Source: Nitrososphaerota archaeon (lineage in GTDB: Archaea > Thermoproteota > Nitrososphaeria_A > Caldarchaeales > Caldarchaeaceae). From it: a DNA stretch of 17,390 nucleotides. The stretch spans positions 1 to 17,390 of the forward strand of contig JAWAEB010000032.1 of NCBI GenBank assembly GCA_038891515.1. The letters are read 5' to 3'. Position numbers and translations under genes: made by a program. The notes under the pieces were generated by a model. The model saw only the letters and a program-made list of their open reading frames with translations. It was not told the DNA's origin and searched no databases. Positions within the stretch are counted from its first letter, which is position 1; each line of letters opens with the position of its first letter. Positions 1 through 7,955 of this stretch are shown here, in pieces.

Positions 1-285
1 ACAGTGCTGGTGGATGAGAGTATGAGCGGGAGGTTGATGGCCGGCATCCTAGTACTAGAGCCTGGCCAGAGGCTGCCGGCGGAGGGTTTTAGCCAACATT
101 CCGAGAGCGATGAGCTGGCCTATGTGGTGGAAGGCTCTGCCATCTTCGGTGGGGAAGACGGTGAGATACTGATGAGGGGGTCTGACTTGGTCTTTAATCC
201 TAGGGGTACTAGGCACTATGTGCGGAACGCTGGTGACAAGCCCTGTAAAATGATTTGGTTTCTGGCACCGCCTATCCGGCTCTAG
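1..285 (+). CDS. Cupin-fold small protein, possibly 5'-truncated by the window edge
   Basis: Frame 1 is open from base 1, and the first listed start is GTG at 4. The translation looks like a cupin_2 beta-barrel (LAYVVEGSAIF...GDLVFNPRGTRHYVRNAG). Stop TAG at 283-285. Confidence 0.6.
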   Translation, partial: TVLVDESMSGRLMAGILVLEPGQRLPAEGFSQHSESDELAYVVEGSAIFGGEDGEILMRGSDLVFNPRGTRHYVRNAGDKPCKMIWFLAPPIRL

Positions 286-1967
286 CGCCTCCGCCCAACA
301 CGGACACCATACCTAGCCCTAGCCTCAGCTGGTGTTATGTAACCGTCTCTCACATCATTCAGCACCATCTCATGGTCACGCTCTCTCGGGTTTCCATAGC
401 CTCCACCGCCCCCAGTCACCAGTCGTATGAGGTCTCCACGCTCCAGCCTGACAGCAGCGGCCTTTCTAGTCTTGAGAGGCGGCCTCCCCCTCCTGTAGAT
501 GATGAAGTAGTTGGGCGTGCCATTACCGCCGCCAGCCATGCCCCAGGGCGGGAACTTGGACCTCCCGAATGACGCCGTGAATATGGCGTGGGAGTTGACC
601 ACCCTGTAGTCCTTTATTATCCCATGGCCGCCCCGGAACTTCCCAGCGCCCGGCTTATCCCTCAGGTTTAGACTGTATTGCTCCACCCTAATCGGATACC
701 GCACCTCGATTACCTCATTGGACATTATGTATGTCTCGCCGTCGAGACTGCATACCATCCCACTCTCACCATCCTTGTTATATCCCGCACCCCATCCACC
801 TGGCTGCGGTTCCACAATGGCGAAAGGCTCGCCGGTCCGGTCGTCCACCCCTCCTACGATGGTGGCGCATACACTCAAGAAGTGCCCTGCTGTCAGCCTG
901 TCAGGCACATGTGGTGCTAGGGCCTTCCATATGAGCTCCGCTGCGAACGAGCCGGCCTCCCAGAAAGTGGCTACGGGTGCGGGGGGCTTCGGATGGAAGA
1001 CCGTGCCCTCCGGCGCAATGACCTGCACAGGTCTGAAGACTCCCTCGTTTGCTGGTGACTGGGGGTCTGTAATGGCTTTGAACATTACCTTCGCCGCACC
1101 TACTGTCATCGAGTAGGGCGAGTTGATGGGCCCACGTGCCTGGGGTGAGGAGCCGCTGTAGTCCACTATGAAGCTCTCGTCCGATATCGTAACACTGGCC
1201 CTCACATGGACCGGGTTATCAGAGAGGCCATCATCATCAATGTAGTCCTCAGCCTCAAAGACGCCATGGGGTAGCTTACGCAGCTCATGATAGGCTTTCT
1301 CCTCACCATCCTTGATTATCGCATCCATGGCCTTGATTATCGTGGCGAGCCCATATTTGGCGCATAGCTGGGCTATCCTCCTACCTCCGAGTCTCAGGGC
1401 AGCTGCCTGAGCCTCCATATCACCCAGCGTCATGTCTGGCGTCCTAACGTTGGTGCGTATTAGGTCGAAGAGGTCCTTATTGGGCTCGCCGCCCATGTAT
1501 AGCCTGAGAAGCGGAAATTGTACACCCTCCTGGTATATCTCTGTCGAGTCTGTGGTCCAGCTGCCGAATCTCATGCCACCCACCTCACTCCAGTGACCCT
1601 TGTTGACTGAGAAGGCTATGAGCTGGCCGTCATAGAATACGGGGCTGATGAGGGTTACGTCGTTGAGGTGTGTACCGTGTGAATATGGTATATTGGTTAT
1701 TATGATGTCTCCATCTGAGAAGCCGTCCATCCCAAATTTCTTGATACAGTCCTTTACGGCCAAATCCAGCACGCCCAGAAATCCTGGGACGCCGTTGGCC
1801 TGTGCAACCAGCTCACCCCTACTGTTGGTTATCGCTACAGCGTAGTCGAGGACCTCATATATTACGGGGCTCTTGCTGGTCCTGCCGAAGGCTATGAACT
1901 CCTCCTCAGCTATGGCTATCAGACTGTTCTTAACCACTTCCAAGGTGAATGCATCTACTCCACTCAT
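282..1967 (-). CDS. hyuB: Hydantoinase B / oxoprolinase family protein (HyuB-like; N-methylhydantoinase B / acetone-carboxylase-alpha-like)
   Basis: 561-aa ORF with an N-terminus typical of HyuB (DAFTLEVVKNSLIAIAEE), internal HLNDV and C-terminal GGGGYGNP motifs. It abuts the hyuA stop directly (1967/1968), the classical hyuA-hyuB pairing. Confidence 0.9.
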   Translation of the reverse strand: MSGVDAFTLEVVKNSLIAIAEEEFIAFGRTSKSPVIYEVLDYAVAITNSRGELVAQANGVPGFLGVLDLAVKDCIKKFGMDGFSDGDIIITNIPYSHGTHLNDVTLISPVFYDGQLIAFSVNKGHWSEVGGMRFGSWTTDSTEIYQEGVQFPLLRLYMGGEPNKDLFDLIRTNVRTPDMTLGDMEAQAAALRLGGRRIAQLCAKYGLATIIKAMDAIIKDGEEKAYHELRKLPHGVFEAEDYIDDDGLSDNPVHVRASVTISDESFIVDYSGSSPQARGPINSPYSMTVGAAKVMFKAITDPQSPANEGVFRPVQVIAPEGTVFHPKPPAPVATFWEAGSFAAELIWKALAPHVPDRLTAGHFLSVCATIVGGVDDRTGEPFAIVEPQPGGWGAGYNKDGESGMVCSLDGETYIMSNEVIEVRYPIRVEQYSLNLRDKPGAGKFRGGHGIIKDYRVVNSHAIFTASFGRSKFPPWGMAGGGNGTPNYFIIYRRGRPPLKTRKAAAVRLERGDLIRLVTGGGGGYGNPRERDHEMVLNDVRDGYITPAEARARYGVRVGRRR

Positions 1968-4022
1968 CTATGCCACCTCCCCAGATCTCACCACTATGTT
2001 TCCAAAGCGGTCCACTTGGAAGGTGTCACCAGGCATCACTAGTGTTGTGGATGTTTTCTCCTCTATGATGGCTGGGCCCTGCCTTGACTGGCCGATGGGC
2101 AGTCTATCTCTCTCATAGACAGGTGTCTCGGTGAAGCCCACTCCCGGCAGATATGCTCTCCTAAATCCCTTGCTAGCTTCCTCAAACCCTGTGACGCCTT
2201 CCTGGATAACAGCTATTCTGGGCTTTCTGACCCTTGCGAAAGCAGCTAGGTGGAGGTTGACAACCTCTATCGGGCTGTCCAGCCTGAACGTGTACTCCCT
2301 CTGATGGTCGCTGTGAAAGCGCTCCGCAATCTCACGAAGCCTCTCACCGTTGAACTTCCCGGAGGGGACTTCAACACTGACTGTATGCTCCTGTCCATAG
2401 TATCTGAGGTCTAGTGTCCTAGTGAAGTACATATCCTCCTCACCGACACCTTGGGCTGTCATTACCCGTCGGCCCTCCTCCTCTAGGGAGCTGAAAAGCT
2501 CGTTCAGGAGCCCTATACAGGACCCATCCATCCTCATAACCCGTGTCAGCTTAGAGTCATGCCGCAGGTCCGTCATCAGCATCCCCCATGCGGAGAAGAC
2601 TCCGGGAATCCTAGGTATTACTGTCTTTGATATCTGGAGTTCCCTTGCGAGGAGTGTGGCGAACATGGGTCCGGCTCCACCGTAGGCTATGAGGGTGAAG
2701 TCCCTCGGGTCGTATCCACGGGCTACCGAGACGAGTCTGAGGATGTTGACCATGTTTCCTGCAGCCACTTTTATTATGCCCGCAGCCGCCTCCTCGAGGC
2801 TGATGTGGAAATGCTCTGATATTCCAGCCAGAGCCCTCTCCGCAGCATGTTTGTCAAGCCTTATCTCGCCTCCTAGAAAATATTCCGGGTTGAGTATTCC
2901 GGAGACAACATAAGCGTCAGTGACTGTGGGCTTTTCTCCACCCCTTCCATAACAGGCAGGGCCTGGGTGGGCGCCAGCACTCCTCGGACCCACCTTTAGA
3001 CTGCCAACATCATCTATCCAGGCTATGCTTCCACCCCCTGCGCCTATCTCCACGATGTCCACCACAGGTGTTCTCACCGGATAGCCCGCGTATGATGGTG
3101 TCCTCTCCACCCTATAGTCGGGGTTTAGTCTGATGCGGCCGTTCTCCACTAGGGATGCTTTGGCGGTCGTCCCACCCACGTCCAAGCTTATCACGTTGGG
3201 CTCACCCACCGCAACCCCCAGCTCCCTCGCACCAATAACGCCTCCTGCCGGGCCCGACTCGATCTGAAGTATAGGCGTCTCCCGAGCCCTCTCCAGGACG
3301 GCCACACCTCCGTTGGATTGTATTACATGTATGGGTATACGTATCCCCAGCTCCCGCATCTTCACCTCAAGCTCTGTGAGATACTTTTCCAGTAGCGGCT
3401 TCACATAGGCGTTCAATACGGTGGTGTTCATCCTCTCATACTCCCGCCATTCACGTGTAATCTCGTGGGAGGCCGAGACATGCCTGAAGCTCCTCCTAGC
3501 CATCTGGAGAACCGCCCTCTCATGGGAGGGGTTGGCGTATGAGTTGTAGAGGCAGATGGCTATGGACTCGACACCGAAACTACGTGCTTTCCTCAGGGCC
3601 GCTGCCACACTTCTCCCAGATAGCCTCTTTAAAACCGAGCCGTCTGAGGCGATACGCTCCAAAACCTCGAACCTGAGGTATCTCGGGACGAATGGCTTGG
3701 GCTTCCTATATGAGTAGTTGTACATGTCTGGCCTGTTGGAGCGCTGAATCTCGAGAACATCCCGGAAGCCCTTTGTGGTTATTAACGCTGTCTTGACACC
3801 CTTCCTCTCTATTATTGCGTTGATGACAAGTGTGGAGCCTGTGCCCACAAAACGTGTGACATCCCCTCCACTGATGCCGCTGGATTTGAAGACACCTACA
3901 ACGCCTTCAGAGTAGTCGTGAGCAGTTGTAAGCCCCTTCCCAAGAATAATCTCACCGCTCTCCTCATTCAAGGCGCAGAGGTCGGTGAAGGTTCCACCCA
4001 CATCAATCGCTACCCTGAACAT
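1968..4022 (-). CDS. hyuA: Hydantoinase A / oxoprolinase family protein (HyuA-like, ASKHA ATPase fold)
   Basis: The maximal ORF runs to 4064 (698 aa). The family N-terminus MFRVAIDVGGTFTDL begins at ATG 4022, 27 nt from a TATA-like AATAAAAG (complement of 4045-4053). A second phosphate motif, LDVGGTTAK, is present. The maximal start would leave only 7 bp to the divergent gene. Confidence 0.9.
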   Translation of the reverse strand: MFRVAIDVGGTFTDLCALNEESGEIILGKGLTTAHDYSEGVVGVFKSSGISGGDVTRFVGTGSTLVINAIIERKGVKTALITTKGFRDVLEIQRSNRPDMYNYSYRKPKPFVPRYLRFEVLERIASDGSVLKRLSGRSVAAALRKARSFGVESIAICLYNSYANPSHERAVLQMARRSFRHVSASHEITREWREYERMNTTVLNAYVKPLLEKYLTELEVKMRELGIRIPIHVIQSNGGVAVLERARETPILQIESGPAGGVIGARELGVAVGEPNVISLDVGGTTAKASLVENGRIRLNPDYRVERTPSYAGYPVRTPVVDIVEIGAGGGSIAWIDDVGSLKVGPRSAGAHPGPACYGRGGEKPTVTDAYVVSGILNPEYFLGGEIRLDKHAAERALAGISEHFHISLEEAAAGIIKVAAGNMVNILRLVSVARGYDPRDFTLIAYGGAGPMFATLLARELQISKTVIPRIPGVFSAWGMLMTDLRHDSKLTRVMRMDGSCIGLLNELFSSLEEEGRRVMTAQGVGEEDMYFTRTLDLRYYGQEHTVSVEVPSGKFNGERLREIAERFHSDHQREYTFRLDSPIEVVNLHLAAFARVRKPRIAVIQEGVTGFEEASKGFRRAYLPGVGFTETPVYERDRLPIGQSRQGPAIIEEKTSTTLVMPGDTFQVDRFGNIVVRSGEVA

Positions 4023-4095
4023 GTGTAGAGGATTATGAAGTCCGCTTTTATTCTTTGCCATCAAGATTTATATGCCTTACACATCAAGTAAGCCC
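4023..4095. promoter_or_regulatory. Divergent promoter region with two TATA-like boxes (hyuA side 4045-4053, peptidase side 4067-4073)
   Basis: The A/T boxes CTTTTATTC and TTTATAT are each centred 26-27 nt from an in-frame ATG (4022 on -, 4096 on +). This is consistent with archaeal leaderless transcripts. Confidence 0.5.
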
Positions 4096-5196
4096 ATGTC
4101 CAGTGGAAGTAGACTCGGCCGGCTGCTGGATGAATGTAGGAAGGCTGGAATGGACGGCGTAATTATACTGCCCGGGCCAAACATGAGGTATCTCATCGAC
4201 TTCACTTTAGAAGTGTTTGAGAGGCCAGCCTTTCTGCTGGCTGGGTTCGGCGGCAGGTCAACCTTGCTCGTTCCCCAGCTTGACGAGGAGAGGGCGAGGG
4301 AGGCTGTGGGTAGTGTGTGCGATGTGGCTTCATACAGTGACGAGACAGGCCCTTGGAAGTGGTTGGAGTGGCTTCTATCAGACAAAACCGGCTTCGTGGG
4401 TGTGGAGGATAGAATGCCCCTAGGGCTTTATAGGATGCTGGAGAGCAGGGCCAAGCAGCTGAGATTTGTTGGTGTGGATACCCTTCTCCGCTCCCTGAGG
4501 GTCTCCAAGGATTCTGAGGAGGTGGCTAGGCATAGGGAGGCTGCCCGAATACTGCAGGAAGCCATGCTCAGGACCTTGGCTGAGCTGAGCCCAGGTATCA
4601 GGGAGAGAGAGCTGATGTTCACTTTCCACAGGCATGCTTACGGGTTGGGGGCTGAAACATCATACTGCCTAATCCAATCTGGGCCCAACAGCGCAAAACC
4701 TCACATGGAGCCAACAGCTAAGCCAATAGAGGTAGATGAGACAGTTGTCTTCGATGCCGCAGTAACATATCGGGGATACTATGCAGACATCACAAGGACT
4801 GTCGTTATCGGGGAACCGTCCGAGACCCAGATGAGCATATTCAACACAGTGCTGGAGGCACAGCGGACAGCAATCCAAGCTAGCGGGCCAGGCGTACCAG
4901 CGGAGGAAGTTGACAGGGCGGCTAGAAAACTAATAGCCGATGCTGGTCTAGCTGAGTACTTCATACATAGGACTGGACATGGCTTAGGTGTAGAGGTGCA
5001 TGAAGAGCCATACATAAGATATGGGAACAAGACCCCGTTGACCAGTGGGATGATATTCACTATAGAGCCAGGTATCTACCTACCTGGACAATTTGGCGTA
5101 AGGCTTGAGGACAACCTCGTAGTCAGCTCATCAGGTGTGGAGAACACAACCAAACTACCAAAAACACTCAGCCTTCGCGTGACACTGAGCTCATAG
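4096..5196 (+). CDS. M24 family metallopeptidase (Xaa-Pro dipeptidase / aminopeptidase P-like)
   Basis: The maximal ORF starts at 4072. ATG 4096 (MSSGSRLGRLL) fits the TATA spacing. M24B metal-ligand motifs are present: DAAVTYRGYYADITRT, HRTGHGLGVEVHEEP, FTIEPGIY, RLED. Confidence 0.9.
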   Translation: MSSGSRLGRLLDECRKAGMDGVIILPGPNMRYLIDFTLEVFERPAFLLAGFGGRSTLLVPQLDEERAREAVGSVCDVASYSDETGPWKWLEWLLSDKTGFVGVEDRMPLGLYRMLESRAKQLRFVGVDTLLRSLRVSKDSEEVARHREAARILQEAMLRTLAELSPGIRERELMFTFHRHAYGLGAETSYCLIQSGPNSAKPHMEPTAKPIEVDETVVFDAAVTYRGYYADITRTVVIGEPSETQMSIFNTVLEAQRTAIQASGPGVPAEEVDRAARKLIADAGLAEYFIHRTGHGLGVEVHEEPYIRYGNKTPLTSGMIFTIEPGIYLPGQFGVRLEDNLVVSSSGVENTTKLPKTLSLRVTLSS

Positions 5197-5324
5197 CATC
5201 CAGCCACAAGCATGTCTGACCCCTACAAAATCATCATGCGCCCCACTCCAACCAACATCCACTGAATACGAGCTACGATAGGCAGCTCAGATTAGTGCAG
5301 TGTTAACATGGGTTCGTGAATCTC

Positions 5325-5342
5325 TGATATAAATTTATATCA
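5325..5342. repeat. Perfect 18-bp A/T-rich palindrome TGATATAAATTTATATCA
   Basis: Verified base by base as its own reverse complement. It lies at the truncation point of the ATPase pseudogene, and its function is unknown. Confidence 0.9.
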
Positions 5343-5571
5343 CCTTCAAAAGCTCGATTTCGACAACGAGGGAGAACTCAGCTAAAATTGTTTTTACTTC
5401 AGCGTTTGGAACTAAAAGTAGGGCCCATGCTTATCTTTCTAGAATTCTTGAATGAGTCTAGTTTTTCCAACTCTCCTTTGACCGTAAAGGAGCATGAGAG
5501 CCGCCCTTTTCTTGGTAAGAAGTCCATTGTGCTTGCAGTTCATCTCATCTATCAACGAATTGTAGAATCAT
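5343..5571 (-). pseudogene. Decayed, truncated archaeal ATPase (PF01637 / Arch_ATPase-like AAA) gene fragment
   Basis: The reverse-strand translation from ATG 5571 gives MILQFVDR*DELQ. After a frameshift it reads AALMLLYGQRRVGKTRLIQEF* (Walker A), followed by several more in-frame stops. Only about 75 codons remain of a family that is usually 350 aa or more. Confidence 0.55.
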
Positions 5572-5763
5572 GGTTGTAACAATCTTGATTGTAACATCTA
5601 AGCTTTACTAACCATGCTAAACTTTGCTAGCATAATGCCATCGAAAACCAACCCCCATAATTAGTACGTTGAAGTTATCAGGTTTACATAATGCTATCGT
5701 CTCTACCCGATCTCCTCTAGGAGGGACTGAGCACGTGATTAGCTGATTTTGTCAAGTGCTAAG

Positions 5764-6093
5764 ATGAAAGGCAGTGACATAATCATAGGTGCTCATGTGA
5801 GAGATAGGGAGTTCGCCTACAGGTTCGCTGAGCCTCTAGCTCGGGTCCTGAATAGGAATCCACCGAGGCCGATACCATTAGAAGCCGGGATGTTTCTGGT
5901 AACTGTTCAATCAAAGATTCTCCACGACCTACTCCGAAAAACCATAGTGAATACGACGATTCGTCGAACACTGAAGAATGTACCTGTAGCTTTCTGCGGC
6001 GTTTTTCTACCACCTATACATCAAAGCGGAAACCAGACTAAGCTTCTACAAGAAAATAGGAACTACGATTCGGAGAAAACAGCAGCGACTTGA
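5764..6093 (+). CDS. Hypothetical ORF (109 aa from ATG 5764) in the lower-GC decayed zone; possibly non-functional
   Basis: An open frame only, with no motif I recognise. Composition differs from the surrounding genes, and a 76-aa antisense ORF overlaps it. Confidence 0.2.
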   Translation: MKGSDIIIGAHVRDREFAYRFAEPLARVLNRNPPRPIPLEAGMFLVTVQSKILHDLLRKTIVNTTIRRTLKNVPVAFCGVFLPPIHQSGNQTKLLQENRNYDSEKTAAT

Positions 6094-6205
6094 ATATCTA
6101 AGGCTACGCGGGTTGCTGGAGACACCGCCCACTAAGCCATCCCCCTCTCACCCTATTATTTCCCATATAAGGAATATGTTCTACCCAGTTATTTCCTATA
6201 CAATC

Positions 6206-6281
6206 TGGGGCCGCTGGGATTTGAACCCAGGATTTCCAACGCCCCAGGCTGGAGTCTTAGACCAAGCTAGACCACGGCCCC
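6206..6281 (-). tRNA. tRNA-Pro (anticodon GGG), no intron, CCA not encoded
   Basis: The reverse complement folds as a canonical cloverleaf. Acceptor GGGGCCG/CGGCCCC, D stem GTCT/AGAC, anticodon stem CCAGC/GTTGG with loop CTGGGGC, T arm CTGGG-TTCAAAT-CCCAG, discriminator A. A TATA-like ACATAAAAC (complement of about 6305-6313) sits about 27 nt upstream. Confidence 0.92.
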
Positions 6282-6569
6282 TCCATGCTTACAGTGCTTG
6301 GCAGGTTTTATGTTTGGCCCTGAGGTGCTGTGGAGCCTTGGTCAGGCTGGCTGGGTGTACATGGTCTTCACATTGCTGTGGGTTGCACGTCCCTGAACAT
6401 TAACGGAATCGATTAAGCAATCATAAAAGCTTAGATGGGAACGCCGACAAGCAGTACGACTGCCATCTCCCATGTAGTTAAGACGTGCTTTATCTCTTGA
6501 GAGAAAATCCTAACACTAGCGGTGGCTGTGAGGTTGGTGATGGCTCGCGTTGGTGGGAAAACATCTAGG

Positions 6570-7181
6570 CTAGACATATTTCTGCTCGGATGGGCACCAG
6601 TATTTCTGATACTGTGGGACATACTGGAGCTGGGCTCCACAGCTGGGGCAGAAGGGACCCTGTGCGGCTGGCTGGGGTGGCGGAGGCGGGGGCGGTGAAG
6701 TAATACCCACGGGGCCTGCGGCTGGTTGTACAGGTGCTCTACCGAAGAACGCCTTGACATGTGGCCTAGTCAAGTAGTAGATTATTATCACATAGATCAC
6801 AATCGATATGACTAAGCCGACGATCATGCCGACGATCAAGGCCCCACCAAACTCGGTTCCTGCGTAAGGGGCTACTTGTGAGAGGGTTATTGCGCCTATT
6901 ACAAGACCTATAACAAGTGAGATTATTATCCATGCCAGAACAAACGTATAGTATCTGCCCATTATCATCATGACGCCGACCAATAACCCCACTATGCCGA
7001 TCACGAGGTTTACAGAGCCCAGCACCATGCCTTGTGCTAGGCTCGTCGCGCCGCCGGAGATACCGAGAATGCTGCCGATGATCTGGAGGATGGCTATGAT
7101 CAATAGTCCGACTGGCCTCTTCCTAGCTGGTGCTGCTGCCGGTGGGCCTACAGGATAAGCTTTATGAAAACTTATTTTCAT
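6570..7181 (-). CDS. Uncharacterised 4-TM membrane protein with poly-Pro linker and C-terminal Cys-rich (zinc-ribbon-like) tail
   Basis: 203-aa ORF with four hydrophobic Gly/Ile/Val-rich helices. These are followed by SPPPPPPPQPAAQGP (6654-6698) and the tail FCPSCGAQLQYVPQYQKYWCPSEQKYV* (6570-6653). A TATA-like CTTATATGT is centred 25 nt upstream of ATG 7181. Confidence 0.8.
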   Translation of the reverse strand: MKISFHKAYPVGPPAAAPARKRPVGLLIIAILQIIGSILGISGGATSLAQGMVLGSVNLVIGIVGLLVGVMMIMGRYYTFVLAWIIISLVIGLVIGAITLSQVAPYAGTEFGGALIVGMIVGLVISIVIYVIIIYYLTRPHVKAFFGRAPVQPAAGPVGITSPPPPPPPQPAAQGPFCPSCGAQLQYVPQYQKYWCPSEQKYV

Positions 7182-7252
7182 ACAGAGGGAGAAAAATCCC
7201 TACATATAAGCGTTCAAGTAGACGTTAAATAAACATCATCACCCTTAAACGT
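7182..7252. promoter_or_regulatory. Divergent promoter region (TATA-like boxes at 7202-7210 for the - gene and 7225-7233 for the + gene)
   Basis: Each box lies 24-25 nt from the respective ATG (7181 and 7253). Confidence 0.45.
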
Positions 7253-7606
7253 ATGGCCTATCCACCACCCGGATATGTTCCACCACCTCCCGTAAGCCGT
7301 GAGAAAGTTAAGGAGACTCTTGTCAAGATCTTTACTGGTCTTGATATCGCAGTGAGTGAGGTGAGGCGGTGTAGCGCCAACGTGGAGATTCTAAAGAGGT
7401 ATGTGCCCTGTATGCTGGAGAGCGACCTAGCTGCGTTGGAAGCTGCTGCTAGGGAGTTTGCTGAGGTTGAGTGCCGTGGTAGGGGTGTTAAGAAGGTTTA
7501 CATGTGGTCTGTTCGGGAGGGTGTCTACAACTACCTCAATATCGGCTTCTTCACAAGAGAGAAGGACGCCACTGTGCTCACCATACTCTCGGTGGGCACC
7601 AGTTAA
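7253..7606 (+). CDS. Hypothetical soluble 117-aa protein with a Pro-rich N-terminus (MAYPPPGYVPPPP)
   Basis: ATG start with a TATA-like box upstream and no TM segment. It contains a PPxY-like PPPGY. I recognise no family. Confidence 0.65.
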   Translation: MAYPPPGYVPPPPVSREKVKETLVKIFTGLDIAVSEVRRCSANVEILKRYVPCMLESDLAALEAAAREFAEVECRGRGVKKVYMWSVREGVYNYLNIGFFTREKDATVLTILSVGTS

Positions 7607-7628
7607 AGCTTTTTATAGGGTCTATCAC

Positions 7629-7955
7629 ATGACAGAAGGCATGATAGGCTCAGCCTTTGACAGTGATGGACTGGACTACATATACTATGGCGCCATAGCC
7701 GCAGCTGTTGCGGCGCTCTTCACCATGATAGCTATGGTGGCCGGAGGAAGTGTGGCGGGTGCTGTGATAGGGGTTTTGGGTGGACTGGCTTTTTTGGGAG
7801 CCGGAGGACTGTGGGTGATTGGCTTCGGAAGATATAGAGCGTATTACAGGGCTGCAATGGGTTATGGACCACCTGTTCAGCAGGCGACGTTCCCTGGGCC
7901 CGCACCGCCACCTCCACCGCCACCACCGAGCCAGTCAAGCCGTGAACAACTATGA
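7629..7955 (+). CDS. Small 2-TM glycine-zipper-like membrane protein with poly-Pro C-terminal tail (paralog A)
   Basis: The in-frame ATG at 7629 or 7641 is more plausible than the listed 7458 start, which overlaps the upstream gene. The TTTTTATA box at 7610-7617 fits a leaderless start at 7641. The protein has the motif DGLDYIYYGAIA, two Gly/Ala-rich helices, and the tail GPAPPPPPPPPSQSSREQL. Confidence 0.7.
   Translation: MTEGMIGSAFDSDGLDYIYYGAIAAAVAALFTMIAMVAGGSVAGAVIGVLGGLAFLGAGGLWVIGFGRYRAYYRAAMGYGPPVQQATFPGPAPPPPPPPPSQSSREQL

Noticed and set aside
255-1116. Long plus-strand ORFs (255-572, 678-920, 718-1116, 731-934) inside the hyuB region
   Set aside because: They are antisense to a strongly supported 561-aa HyuB gene. 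Their translations are low-complexity Pro/Ser/Thr/Ala-rich, as expected from reading a GC-balanced gene on the wrong strand, and no motifs are present.
6113-6403. 96-aa ORF spanning tRNA-Pro
   Set aside because: It runs straight through a canonical tRNA gene and its promoter, so the frame is open by chance.
6282-6569. Possible small RNA (C/D box or other) in the 288-nt gap between tRNA-Pro and the 4-TM gene, including the nested hairpin ATGGGA..GCAGT-CGT-ACTGC..TCCCAT (about 6434-6472)
   Set aside because: No proper C (RUGAUGA) and D (CUGA) box pair with 12-nt guide spacing occurs on either strand. The hairpin plus nearby T-runs is adequately explained as the 3' end or terminator region of the 6570-7181 gene. 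It remains only a weak candidate.
7458-7628. Upstream extension of the 2-TM paralog A ORF overlapping the 7253-7606 gene in another frame (possible overprinting)
   Set aside because: The extension starts at a non-ATG codon and looks like frame-shadow sequence. A TATA-like box lies in the short gap right before the ATGs at 7629 and 7641. I cannot exclude it without conservation data.
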